This document shows positions 50,585 through 64,000 of a stretch of 64,000 bases of DNA, one piece after another. The translations under genes and the position numbers were made by a program. Every line of letters begins with the position of its first letter. The stretch's first letter is position 1. The notes below the pieces were generated by a model that made no database searches, had not been told where the DNA came from, and saw only the letters and a list, made by a program, of their open reading frames with translations. Location: positions 54,436,001 to 54,500,000 of the forward strand of contig NC_043004.1 of NCBI RefSeq assembly GCF_006345805.1. Direction: 5' to 3'. This DNA comes from Octopus sinensis (lineage: Eukaryota).

Positions 50585-52209
50585 TGAGAATGTAGAATCG
50601 TTAGCACACCGGGCAAAATGGCTATCGGCATTTCGTCCGTTTTTAAGTTCTGAGTTGAAATTCCGCCGAAAATTTAGAATATATAAGCACTTTTAACCAA
50701 TGCCTTTTCTGGACAGCCTTACTACATGCCTTCAGGTTTTCCCATAGAGACACAGCCAGAAATGACTATATTCCTGCCCCAGTAAATTTAGATGCACATA
50801 TCTGAAGCATATAACGCATTAATGAACTAGCCTGATTAAATAATTAACTAAAAAGAAAAGGAAAAGCAAAAAAGCAGAAAGCAAATTAAGTAAAGTTGGA
50901 AGAGAAAATTAATAATAAAAGTTACACTTACCCGAATTCAACAGCATATTAAAAATAACTTTATTAAATACTTAATTAAAATAAATAATATACCAAAGGC
51001 AAAGTCGACCTCGATGGAATTTGAACTGAGAACGAAAAGACAGACGAAATACCACGAAGCATTTCGCCCGGAGCGCTAACATTTCTGCCCACTGGCCGCG
51101 AAGGCATGTAAGCATTCCTTTTAGTAATATATTCTTATCTTAACATAATTCGGGCGTTACTTCTTTCTTCCTCACTTACTGATAATAAATTTGATAACAT
51201 TTCACCTCATACCATTTTTTCTACTAATTTTTGTTCAATGCAGCTAACGATTCTGAATTTCTCGTGCATTTTTCTGTCATTTAAGCCTGAGGAAAGTATA
51301 CTTTTATTTTAAAATTTGAAAAAATTATGTTAACTGAAGATGAATAGGTGCCTTACTGCCCACCTTTAGACCAGACATATTTTGATGTAACTTTTTTTCT
51401 ACTGAACCAAATCTCAAACTATTTATGCCAAAGTGTAGCCGAGGAGGTGTCTTCTTTAAAGCTGTTAATAGTTTGCAATTTAGTAGAGAACTGAATTAGT
51501 GGTGAAGCTTAGAAGCTGCTGCGATTGACGAAATGGTGGACTTAAGAATATATTGAACCACTACCGTGGTTGAATGATGTATTCCACACACACACATACA
51601 CACACACACACACAAACACATACACACACACACATTCACACACTCACACACATGCATACACAGAAATATTTGATATATATTTGTGCCATGTATTCGCATC
51701 TACTTATCTATCACTGCGCCTATCTACTCATCTCCTAGACCATCTCAAAACGGCTTACCATTAACCCTATGTTGTTTCTCCCCTTATTTTTATTTATCAC
51801 TGCTAAACCTTTTATACTATCTAATTATATAAACTCCACCACGCTTTATCGCTTCCCTAAAGGTATACGACCTGAAAGTCAATTGTGAAGATGGATATTT
51901 TCATCCACACTTCCAATGGCTTAGCATAGTTTAGAAATTTTCATTGAGAGACGGTTGATTTGATTAAATCTTCCTGTAATTCAATTTTCATAATGTATGT
52001 AATCTATTTTTTAATGGAACTTCTAGGTCTATCCTAGAATACAAAGGGGCTTTAGTAAGAAAAAGGAATTAGTGTGGACTAAAGGTATTCGATATAATAT
52101 TACTTGAGGATGCCATTTTGAAACATGAGAGAAAAAAATAATTACTGCAGAAATTGAGTAATACTACAATAATATTATAGGTACATCGTGTATATATATA
52201 CATTCATAC

Positions 52210-52301
<92 letters not shown>

Positions 52302-52449
52302 ATATATATACATACATATATAAGAGTGTGTGTGTGTGCTCGCTTGTGTATTATTTGTATATAGGCAGATATGTGTATTCACTTATATTGTCTACGAAGC
52401 AGTTCCATGTAATCAAATACGGGCGTATTCATATACAGTATATATGAAT

Positions 52450-52481
<32 letters not shown>

Positions 52482-52534
52482 GTATATATATATATATATG
52501 TATATATATATGTATATATATATATATATATATA

Positions 52535-53620
52535 TACACTTTATTAAAAGCGGCAGAAATATCACCAAAACTGTTACTCAGAGTTTCACGTTCCCGTTCG
52601 TCGGGTAGTTTTGTTACAATGGAACAGAAATGACGATATAATCAAATATAAAACTAGTATAAAGGATACACCTTTGAAAATGGCTTTGTTTCATTGGTTC
52701 TTTCAACTAACAGTCATGCAATGAACAAAATAAATTCAGTATAAATTCCTCTTGTAAAATCGAAGAAAACCTTGAATAGAAGCACAGATTTTAAATACAT
52801 CTGGTAAATAATTCTATACAAAATATAAATCAATTAATACATTAAAATTGATAAGGACGTTTATAAGCGCCTAATTTTGAATAGCATCACATATACCTAC
52901 AAAAAAGACAACGCCAATTTATTCAAGGATGAATTTGGGGGCAAGAAGAATAGCTAACAATCTTAAAATTAGTGATAGGATAAAATACCCCCCCACGCCA
53001 CCCTTTTATCACCCTATAAGACCATAAAGCTAATTTTGATAGAAACCCTAAATGTAGATTGATTAATCCTGCTAAAACTGAAATATGTATTATTAGCAAA
53101 TATATTTTAGATCGTATTTTAACTAAGTTAGATGGTGAATTAAGTTTACGGATTTCGAAAAATAGCAAGTCAGTAATAGATTGGTTTAAAGGGATTAGCC
53201 ATAAACATAACTGCAACTTATGCCATAAGTATAACTGCAGATATTATTGACTTTTACCCGTCAATATCCAGACCTTTGCTTCTAAAAGCATTAGACTTCG
53301 CCAAACAATATGTCACCATGGATGACTCGGAAATAGATATCATACATACGAGGAAATCCCTTCTTTTTCACGAGAATTCTACCTGGCCCAAAAAGAGTGA
53401 AGATTCTCTTTTCGATGAACCGATGGGGCCATATGACGGGGCTGAGTTATGTGTGCTCATATATTTTTAACCATCTAAATCTAGAATTCCCCTTTATAGA
53501 CACAGGATTATGCAGGGATGACGGCCTTATAGTCACCCATAATTTAAACGGCCATGAATTAGATAAGCTTAGGAAGGATCTAACTCTTTCTTTTCCAAAG
53601 GATGGGCTTACGGTTTAATC
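52535..53620 (+). mobile_element. PLE of a second clade: RT fragment (+, ~52800-53620) preceded by an inverted pLTR
   Basis: FITL-DHKANFDRNPKCRLINPAKTEI, SVIDWF, DFYPSIS, TRKSLLF, FDEPMGPYDGAELC, RDDGL. Confidence 0.8.
52567..52612 (-). ncRNA. Minimal type I HHR (CCGACGA core)
   Basis: Minus strand AAAACTac-CCGACGA-ACG(ggaa)CGT-GAAA-CTC-t-GAG-TA-acAGTTTT; the first two stem I pairs are mismatched. Confidence 0.65.
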
Positions 53621-54076
53621 ATCCACCAGTTTTTCTTAGGAACTACTCGATAATATAGGTAGGAGAATATCATCGATTTCTTCGGATGAGACAGCATTTC
53701 AAAATGCTGCACCCTATTACAAAAACACATGTATATATATTAACATCGTTATTCACTTAGTTTTTTTTTTTCCAACCATACCTGTGAAAATCTAATGCTT
53801 ACTTTTGTGTCTTCGGAGTATTTTTGATTCCTATTTTTAGCAAAGCTGGTGCTTATTAGCGCCCTTCTTTTATATAATCCTGAAACATATCTCTTAATTT
53901 TACTTATATGATTTTAAGCTTGCAGCCACTATCTCTTAATGTTCTTTATATATTTTATAAATTTATTCTCTTGGTTCGGCACTGAAACGAACACAGGCAT
54001 TGGTTGAAGTGATATATAGGTTTATAATGAGTAGACTTGCTTTAAGAGAATCAGCCATTACCTTTCCACCAACCTA

Positions 54077-54120
<44 letters not shown>

Positions 54121-54185
54121 ATGATTGAAAGTACGTATGCATATGTGTGTATTTGTGTGTATGTGTCTTTGTAAGTAAGTATGTA

Positions 54186-55205
54186 TGTGTATGCATCTTA
54201 TTATTCAGTTTTATTTCAAAAATACTTGCCAACAGAGAAAGAGCCGGTTTCTAACCTAGATCCAAGGCTCCTTCATTGGAATTTCAACATCAACAACAGG
54301 TTATTTTTGTATGTACGTATGTATTTATGCATGTATGTATGTATGTTTGTATGTATGTATGTATGTATGTATGTATGTATGTATGTATGTATGTATGTAT
54401 GTATGTATGTATGTATGTATGTATGTATTTATGCATGTATGTATGTATGTATGTATGTATATATGTATGTATAGGTGAAGATTTGTATATTTTGTTTTAT
54501 GTATGTATTCTTATGCATATAGTTGCATATCTAGACATGCTAATATATATTTAAATGACAAATTTCTGGAAGGTTTCCAGATTTTTACGGTTCCAGTGAT
54601 GGATTGGACCTGTAATTTTAAAATTAGCTTTGTTCTTTCTGGTCTTGAGAAGTCTAATTTTTCAAGATTGGTATTTAGGCAGTGTGTTCCATATCCAGGA
54701 ATGAATAACTACAGGTATAAACCTGAAATTGGAATCTGGGTAGAGTAACTGAAGATTTCTCAACAGTTCAGCGTAGTTATTCAGTTATTCTGTTTTTCAC
54801 TGGTCTTTAGCTTTATGTTAACATCTGCTGGGCAGTTAATTTCCACAGTTGTACAGTCTCTCTTCTCTATCCCAAATCATTTTATCATATCTGTTGTGCT
54901 TACATTTTATTGAGGTTTTCACTGGGACATTTCATCAGTACTCCTTTTTTATTAGCAGTGGCTATGGCTTCTACCATGTTGATATTTCTTATTTCTTTGT
55001 ACTTCTACCGTATTGAGAGTTCTTATTTCTTTGTCCTTCCAACGGATTTCATTATAGAGTGTCCTAGCTACAACATCATGTCTCATCGGTAGATAATACC
55101 GTGATGACATTTTCAGACAATTCCTTATGATGTGGGTGAGATCTCCGATGTTAACTCCACTAAGTCTGCATCGGTTGTCAGAGTTTACTACTTTTCCTGC
55201 ATCTC
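54186..55205 (-). mobile_element. 3' part of a second RLE-LINE family ending in (CATA)n; short 3'-end copy at 61372-61480
   Basis: NRCRLSGVNIGDLTHIIRNCLKMSSRYYLPMRHDVVA...WDREERLC..VEINCPADVN...LLRNLQLLYP; 3'UTR 54195-54300 matches 61375-61480, both flanked by (TATG)n. Confidence 0.7.
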
Positions 55206-56099
55206 TATCCCTTTTGTACGTGACGTATTTGGTTGATGTATGTATGTACTCATGAATATGGCGAAGTAGTAAAAATAGAAAATAGAGAAATCAACAAGAT
55301 GATCCAAGTCCATAATCAAAAATACTGCTTCGTCGTTAAAGGTATATAATTTCGAAGGTTTTCTTCTTCCCTTAAAAGAGGAAATAGGAGAAAACACAGA
55401 CATGCAGACCCATCACACACACACTCTGACACACACATATGTGTGTATATATATGTATGTATGTACATACATATATACATGCATACATTCATACATACAG
55501 CGGATACCCAGATAGATACCTGTATAGAAATACATAAACGACGCACAGACACTTAAATACTGATACTTATATAATACACATACGCACATACATGCATAAA
55601 TACATATCTATATATACAAGTGTACGTGCAGACAGACAGACATACTAACATATATGTGTACATACATTCAAGCATACATATACAGGAGTATATATACATA
55701 CATGCATACATACATACATACATACATAATACATACACACATACATACATACATACATACATACATACATACATACATACATACATACATACATACATAC
55801 ATACATACATACATACATACATACATGATTCATTTTCATACATGATGTGAAAATATTTAAAAATTTAAAACAAGAATCAATGAAACAAATATAACACTGA
55901 ATCTTAAAAAGTACAATTCCTAATTATTACATAATTGAGTTATTGTTAATTAATTAGACGGCTTGTATTTGAGCTCCGCTAGGTTTTTATTGGTCGAAAC
56001 TCATTAATTAACAAGATTATCAAAGCCGATTTAATGTCAAAGTGAAACTAATTGTATTACATTCTCCGTTAATATTTAAAATCGAAGTAGGTTTTGTCT

Positions 56100-56650
56100 T
56101 TTCTTTTCTGAGATCAGCAAAAGGTACACCAGTCATGCCATGAGAGATTTTTGTTCCTCCTCTATAAAACAATCCTACAAATATGGCGTCGTATGCCCTC
56201 GCTCATCAACCTTTCACTTGAACTGGCGGCCAGGGTTGTTTTCACGGTTTCCTTGGATGCAATAAGGCAACCACCCTCCTGCATACCTGCGATAGTCTCT
56301 ATCTGTCTTGCGAGCAATATGCTGCCTAGCCTTCATTCTTTCAGAAAAAATGTTCTGTTCAGCGATGGCTTGTAAATTTATTCGTAATACGTTCCGGCAG
56401 ATTCGAACATGAATATGCTAGTTACTATTGTATGCATAACGATGAATATACATTTACGATGAATATATATTCCTAAAAAATGATGCATTACTACAAGTGA
56501 TTCTGAGACATCCACTTTCCGACATACTGTGTCACGGCCGCGAGCAGTACCCGAATCACTGAATCTAAACAAGAGCCGAAGGTCTTGTTTATATTTTCAG
56601 CAATGAGTTTCTTCGTTGATTCGTGCTAATATCAGACAACCAATAACAAA
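56100..56650 (-). pseudogene. Possible highly decayed piggyBac-like transposase fragment
   Basis: Weak motif order only (NKTFG...QYVGK...FIVNVYSSL...TVKTTLAASS...IRRH); many stops. Confidence 0.25.
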
Positions 56651-57031
56651 TTGACACATACGAGGAGTCATACGTTTTCTAAGTTAGCATAATATTTGAG
56701 GTAGAATGTATATGTTTACTATTGTAGCCAAGCATTTTGTTTACTATAATGAGTTTTTCTATTGCAATTTCGTTTGTTTTCATTTTGTTTTGTTTTATAT
56801 TGTTTTTTTGTCCGCTGCCAGTTGTTAATACCAGGGTTATTTTTCTTTATACTTTTTTTTTGGTTGCTTTACACATTCTAAGATGCGTGATTCGAGTAAA
56901 GAAGAATACGCCATTTGTTTTATCTTCGCTTTAGACGGTAAAATATAATGGAAATATTTTTATAAACTGAAGCTTATAGTCTAACTCCAATAAAAAGTAG
57001 AACTTCCAAAATATTCAATAAAGGTAGATAT

Positions 57032-58080
57032 GGGTCACTCCACACAAAAGTGACACAGACAGAGTGTATGCACCAAGAAAAAGAGGGGGAAGAGGTATTA
57101 TTGGATGCGAACACAGCATTAGAGCAGAAGAAAACAATATAGCATGGTATGTAAAAATGCCGCAGAACCGCTATGATTAGAAGTAAGAAGGTCAGGCTTG
57201 TATGGGATGAATAATTGCAAAGATAAAGCACTATACAAGAAATTTAAAACGAATTAAACTGAAAATAGGTGGGTAAAGAAAAGAAGGCATGGTCAATTTC
57301 ATAGGGATGTTGAAGATAAGGTAGACAGAGAAAAAAGATGGCTGTGGATGCCTAAAAGTGCCTAAAAGTGATTTAAAACTGCAAACTGAGGCTCTAATCT
57401 GTGCTGCCCAAAAGCAAGCACTAAGAACAAACTACATAAAATACAGAATAGACAACACATCAGAAAGTGATAAGTGCAGAATCTATGGACAAAACCGTGA
57501 AACCGCACGGCATATTACCAGCCAATGTACGCCACTAGCCCAGAAGGAATATAAGAGACGCCACGACAATATAACCAGGCTTGTCCATCGGACAATTTGC
57601 AACAAATATGGACATGACAAAGCAAAAAATTGGTACGACCACAAACCTGAAGGCATCGTCGAAGATAGAAATGCAAAGATCCTATTGGATTTTATGATTC
57701 AGTGCGACCATAAGATAGAGAATAGGAAGCCGGACAAAATGAGAAAGAAAACAAACTATGCTGGATCTTAGATATAGCATGCCCAGCTGACAACAAGTTA
57801 TGCGATGAGGAAGAAAGAAAAGTCGAGAGATATGACAGGTAAGCTTGGGAAGTTTAAGCAGTTGTGGTCGATGAAAAAGGTAGCTGTAGTACCAATAATT
57901 GTCGGAGCCCTAGTAACAGTGAGCAAAAATCTCGAGACGTACGTGGAGGACTTGCAGAAAACAGCACTGCTTGGAACCGCTCGAATACTCCGGAAAGGCT
58001 CGAACAATATGAGATGTTACCTTAGTTCACTGGTAGTGAACAGCTGACACTGTAGTACATCTCCAGCGTTAGCTGTGTTT
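57032..58080 (+). mobile_element. R4/Dong-type RLE LINE 3' fragment
   Basis: HTKSDTDRVYAPRKRGGRG, HGQFHR, EALICAAQKQALRTN, CRIYGQNRETARHITSQC, RRHDN, KILLDF, DIACP, VPIIVGAL, GTARILRK. Confidence 0.9.
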
Positions 58081-58444
58081 CAAGAGTGCAACAGTGACCT
58101 ACATAAGAGATTTAGACTCATTCCAATAGACAAAACAAATTTTGCACTCATTTTCCTCGAAATATATTCGACCCGGAATTCGAAATGGCAGAACCATTAA
58201 AAATTGATCATTTTCGTACAAACAGTATATTCTTCTAGCTTCCTTGTTTCTTTTCTTATCCATTATGCTTTTTTTTCTGTTTTATCTATATTTAATTCGT
58301 CGAAATGCTTAAGCGGTGACGTAGCTGCTGTATCTAGAACATACCATGCTTAATGGAATATCTTTTAACAAGACATTCGCACGCTTATGATTTGGTAGAA
58401 AATTAAATAAACAGACCAATATGGTTATAAATATAGACAGATAA

Positions 58445-58525
<81 letters not shown>

Positions 58526-58742
58526 GAGAAATAGAGAGAGATAAATAGATAGATAGAGAGAGAGAGATGCTTAGAGTTATATGGATATATAAATATATAT
58601 ATATATATATGTATATATACACAGACACACACATACTCGCACAAACACATACACGCTCACGAACTCACACACATGTATACATATTTATGTATGTATATAT
58701 ATATATGCATATTGGAGTTCGTATGTGCGTGTACATATATAA

Positions 58743-58799
<57 letters not shown>

Positions 58800-59526
58800 T
58801 TACGCATATATATGCATGTTTGTGTTTGAGTATGTGTATATACACGCGCACACACACACACACACGCACACATATATATATATGATATATATGTATATAT
58901 ATTCATATATATATATATATTATATATATATATGTGTGTATTCTAAATATAAGCATACATAAATACACACAAGTGTACAAACATAGAGTAAATAATACCC
59001 CACAATACGCATATGAATAAATCTATAAATTACCACAATAACAACGAAACGAATATTATATTTTCTTTCACGCCAGTGAATTTGCCAAAGTAGATTTGTT
59101 GGATAGATTGCATTTATCTACTTTAATCTTTTTTACATTTGCGATATGTATGTTTTAAACACCTATACGTATGGACAGTACACGTGAAAGGGATTAAACA
59201 GGCGTATGGAATCGCACGCATACTAATCTCTGTAAACATATGGGGATGTATAAATTATGAAATCACCCAGGAAAACTCCCCTGCTCTTACATACGCGAAT
59301 AAATAATATGTATCCATTATACTCTGTCTCTATGTGTGTGTGAGAGTGTGCGTGCTTGAGCGCGAGCGTGTTTATGTATTGTGTGTACATATATAAATTG
59401 ACAGGTATATTTTTCATAAATATGTACATAATATAGATATATACATACATCCGCAATATCTAAATATATATATATAGGTATAAAGATATATATATATATA
59501 TATATTAATTTATATTATATAGAAGG

Positions 59527-59577
59527 AGCTTCTACAGGACTAGTACTGTTTCATTCAAGAGAAATCTTCAGGAAGCT
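59527..59577 (-). ncRNA. Type I HHR with canonical core
   Basis: Minus strand AGCTTC-CTGAAGA-tTTC(tctt)GAAt-GAAA-CAG(tactagtc)CTG-TA-GAAGCT; followed by a TA-rich tract. Confidence 0.75.
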
Positions 59578-60424
59578 ATTTAACAAGAATTGTATTAGCA
59601 TTTATACATATAGGCAGGTTTAAAGGAGTGGTGGTGGGGGACTTTTTGGGGGTAGGCATAGCGCAAAATATCATACTTGGGGGAGTGGTCAAGGAGTCAG
59701 TGGTAAGTTAGATGAAAGAATGGATAAATAAAAAAAAAAATAATAAAAAAATAAAAAATAAAAAAAAAAAAAATAAATAAATAAATAAAAAAAATAAAAA
59801 AATAAATAAATAAAAAATAAAATAATAAAATAAAAAATAAAAAATAAAAAAATAAAAATGCACACACAACACACCTAGTTCCCTATATACACATATTTAC
59901 ACCTATATATACACATACAACCCACATACGCATATGTACATATATATATAGATATATATATATACATATACACCATACATATATATACATGTGTGCACTA
60001 CATACACACACACACATACATACACATACACATACACATGTGTACCTATACATACCCACACACACACATACATAATACATATATGTATATATATACAATC
60101 CCAATACAGGCCCATTCCCTAATTTTAATTTATTATCTTCATTTATTACTTTTGTTATCTTTGATCGCTAGAGCTAGGATCCTGGCTATGGCAGCATGTC
60201 CATTTGTCTGTCTATAGAAGGCAAGTACTCATTCCCGCACGCACACTCGTTAGCACGTACATTCACCCATTCGTACACTCATACACATACACGTACGCGC
60301 GCGTTATATTCATACATACAAATATCTACCTCGTTCACGTATATACACATACGTACTCGTACCTACAGATTCGTGTCTACACTTTAGGAGGCTAGTCTAA
60401 TACATATACACCAATAAATTATAC

Positions 60425-60455
<31 letters not shown>

Positions 60456-60785
60456 ACATTCACACACACACATATATATACTCCTACATACAGATACATA
60501 CCTATACACATATATATATATACATACATACAACACATACACACATATTATATATATATAACATATATATATATACACATACATATATATATACATACAT
60601 ACACATACACACACACACATACAACACACATACATACACATATAATCATCTTTATATATATACTACACAAACATATATACACACATATATATACATACAC
60701 ACATACACACATACATACGTATACATACATATATACATCCATACATCCATACTTACATGCATTTATACGCATACACACACCCATC

Positions 60786-60829
<44 letters not shown>

Positions 60830-61056
60830 TCAACTACATATACAAATATACGCACACCATACATACACGTATACACATACACGCACATACACATATACAT
60901 GCGTACCCATAATAAAAATAAAATAAAATAATAAAAAATAAATAAATTAATTTTCTCTGCTATGTATTGAGTACCTACCTTACTTACTGTGGTTAACCCC
61001 GAATCAAACCCGGGACCTACATATTATATATAATATATATATATATATATTCCGCA

Positions 61057-61107
<51 letters not shown>

Positions 61108-61111
61108 CCGC

Positions 61112-61142
<31 letters not shown>

Positions 61143-61267
61143 TATATGAGTGTCTGGGTGTGTGTTTGGATATATATAAAATTATATATGTATGCATATG
61201 TGTGTGATATATCTATATATGTGTCAACATAAATACACACGAATACGTATATTTATGTACGCTTATG

Positions 61268-61306
<39 letters not shown>

Positions 61307-61329
61307 AGTATGTATGTATGTGTGTATGC

Positions 61330-61362
<33 letters not shown>

Positions 61363-61568
61363 TGTATGCATGTCATTATTCAGTTTATTTCACGATTTCT
61401 TGCCAATAGAGAAAGAACCAGTTTCTTACATAGATCCAAGGATCCGTCATTGGAATCTCAACATAAACATGGTGTTTTTGTTTCTTTGTTTGTATGTATG
61501 CATGTATGTATGTATGTATGTAAGTAAGTTATGTATGTATGTATGTATGTATGTATGTATGTATGTAT

Positions 61569-61612
<44 letters not shown>

Positions 61613-61933
61613 ATATTATATATATAACACATATATATAGTTGAAATGTACGGAAACAAAAGACGAAGACAGGTGTATAAACAAGAAGCAGTTGAATTAG
61701 TTTGATGCTCTGGAAGGTGTGAAAGTCTTTAGGAAGAAATAAAAAACATTTGGAGTAGCGGTCAATCATGGCGAATGTGAATCTGCTTCTCTGGTCATGG
61801 AATCCAGAATAACTTCCCTCATCCCGTTCGCAATGGTTATACAGCTCCGGTGAAAGGATGGAGTAAAAGCTCTGTGGTAGGGCATTGCTAAAATTCCTGA
61901 ATAGGAAAGACAAGACCTTTGAGTGAGCTGGTC

Positions 61934-62353
61934 ATACCTATTTCTTTATTACCCACAAGGGGCTAAACATAGAGGGGACAAACAAGGACAGGCATAGGTA
62001 TTAAGTCGATTACATCGACTCTAGTGCTTAACTGGTACTTAATTTATCGAACCCGAAAGGATGAAAGGCAAAGTCGACCTCGGCGGAATTTGAACTCGGA
62101 ACGTAGCGCCAGACGAAATACCTATTTCTTTATTACCCACAAGGGGTTAAACACAGAGGGGACAAACAAGGACAGTCATAGGTATTAAGTCGATTACATC
62201 GACCCCAGTGCTCAACTGGTACTTAATTTATCGACCCCGAAAGGATGAAAGGCAAAGTCGACCTCGGCGGAATTTGAACTCGGAACGTAGCGCTAGACGA
62301 AATACCGCTAAGCATTTCGCCCGGCGTGCTAACGTTTCTGCCAGCTCGCCGCC
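61934..62353 (-). mobile_element. SINE-A head + two 184-bp units
   Basis: CCTATTTCTTTATTACCCACAAGGGG at 61937 and 62121; near-identical units. Confidence 0.9.
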
Positions 62354-63339
62354 TTTCATACCAACACTGGCTTAACCGACAGACAGTAACAGACTTAGTA
62401 AGTTCGAAGTAGTCGAAATAGTGAACTAGCCTGTTATAAGATTACATGGAAGTCCTATTTCTATCTGGAATATCCATCTTGATTGTAACTACCGTGATTC
62501 AAATCCCGTCTATATTGTAAATATTCATTAGCTAGCTACAACATGAAGAAGGAAATTCTAATACAAGCCTTCTCCTTGATGTTTCCACCACTCATTTTAA
62601 CGTGTTATAGTTACTGGAATAAGTTATCTGTTAGATAACATTTGACAGTAACTAAAACACAGAGAGTGGTATTTATGCTACGCAAGCGTGTCTTACTTTC
62701 ATCTCTACGATGTACAGATGCTTTGAAACACCGAAGTTCCTTATGCCTCTCATATCTAGTACTAGCGCAATATATCAGTTTGTTGCTCTCTAAACGTCCT
62801 TTGGTGATTTGGGAGCCTACAATCGCATACACTAGTAAACTGTAACTTTATATTAATCTTGTCTTCTTACATATTGGCAGTAATAAGTGTTAGGGGGAAT
62901 TCCTTGTGCCCGAGCAGCCTAATTTAAAGAAAACCCTGCTTAATCAAATCACAATAAAGTGACTTGAAAAGTTTTCTCAATCATTAGATGCCCCAGAAAC
63001 TGGTCAGTTTACTGCGAATGATTCTATCTGTTCTCTTCAATGGACCTGCTACTAAAGTACGTGTACTCTACTGGGTGAGGAAAAGAGAAATAAGCTTGAG
63101 CATTCTACTGCTCGAGTTACAACAGAGATCGATTCAGCTGCTATTTCTGTAATATAACGGTCAACCGAAGGAGAACTAATTGAAATCAAATATGTCTAAA
63201 TGAGAAGCGAAATGATGATATTGGTTTGCGTATACGAAAATCCTAGTTGATTAACTGCATAAGCTACTGTCTACTATGAGTGACTGAATCACAAATTTCT
63301 GCTTACCAAGGCCTATTGAGACATTACGCCCTGTGTATA

Positions 63340-63600
63340 CACCAACTTTTTACTGAACGTTGCAAAACATATTATAGTCACAGAGGTGTGAAGGAAAATT
63401 TAAGCAGAGATTTTATACTCATACTTTTTCCGTTAAGCACAGAAAACACTACAAAATTAGATTATTAATTCTGGAAGTTGAAAGGAAAGACTTTGCACTA
63501 CAATGTTACATGAATAATCAGGAAACTCTCCAGACCCAATTGGAGGCAAAAAAATGCTATCTCTGTACTGCAGAAAAGACACGGTTATACTTCTTTTATA
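63340..63600 (+). pseudogene. Decayed PLE GIY-YIG C-terminal fragment
   Basis: CEGKFKQRFYTHTFS...TTKLDY*FWKLK...GGKKCYLCTAEK. Confidence 0.5.
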
Positions 63601-63783
63601 AAAAGATTTCATAAATAAAGCCTTTATGAAAGCATAAGGTCATAGGTAATCTATCACTCAAATGTATTGAGCAACATTTACTACGGAAGTGGTAGACAAC
63701 ACCTTAAACAGAATGGAATAACATACAAGGTGGCCAAAAAGTAGGTTTACAGTTATTCAACTATTTCTTCATATATTAACAGA

Positions 63784-63943
63784 CGCAGGAGTGGCTGTGT
63801 GGTAAGTAGGTTGCTTACCAACTACATGATACTGGGTTCAGTTCCACTGTGTGGTACCTTGGGCAAGTGTCTTCTACTATAGTCTCAGGCCGACCAAAGC
63901 CTTGTGAGTGGATTTGGTAGACGGAAACTGAAAGAAGCACGTC

Positions 63944-63978
<35 letters not shown>

Positions 63979-64000
63979 GTCTGTCTTTGTCCCCCACTAT
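63784..64000 (+). mobile_element. SINE-C (truncated by the window end)
   Basis: Homologous to 1148-1350. Confidence 0.85.

Noticed and set aside
63722-63760. Tc1-like TIR (TACAAGGTGGCCAAAAAGTAGG)
   Set aside because: No partner TIR or transposase found in the window.

Overview
AT-rich, microsatellite-saturated animal DNA. The repeat families resemble those of octopod cephalopods (Octopus-like; inference from recalled repeat motifs, not a search). No intact host protein-coding gene is supported; most six-frame ORFs are microsatellite translations or transposon pieces. The window is a retroelement graveyard. (i) A near full-length, mildly decayed CR1/L2-group LINE (11017-15699) whose ORF1 combines a Myb/SANT-like trihelix domain with tandem CCCH zinc fingers. 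(ii) A near full-length Neptune-type Penelope-like element (PLE; RT plus C-terminal GIY-YIG) at 37054-43590, apparently carrying a ~3 kb CA/CATA tract and ending in a hammerhead-ribozyme (HHR) repeat. (iii) Fragments of other PLEs, two families of restriction-like-endonuclease (RLE) LINEs, a 5'-only L1/Tx1-like ORF1, and maT (DD37D) and mariner (DD34D) transposases. (iv) Four tRNA-derived SINE families (called A-D here) that swap tails and form 184-bp multimers. (v) Nine hand-folded minimal type I HHR or HHR-remnant motifs, plus one partial HHR-like fold, mostly in small modules next to (TA)n; these include a 357-bp retrozyme-like unit and a recurrent CCGANGA (U4C) core variant. The HHR mini-elements and the Myb+CCCH ORF1 are the best candidates for something poorly described. 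All folds and alignments were done by eye and need computational confirmation.
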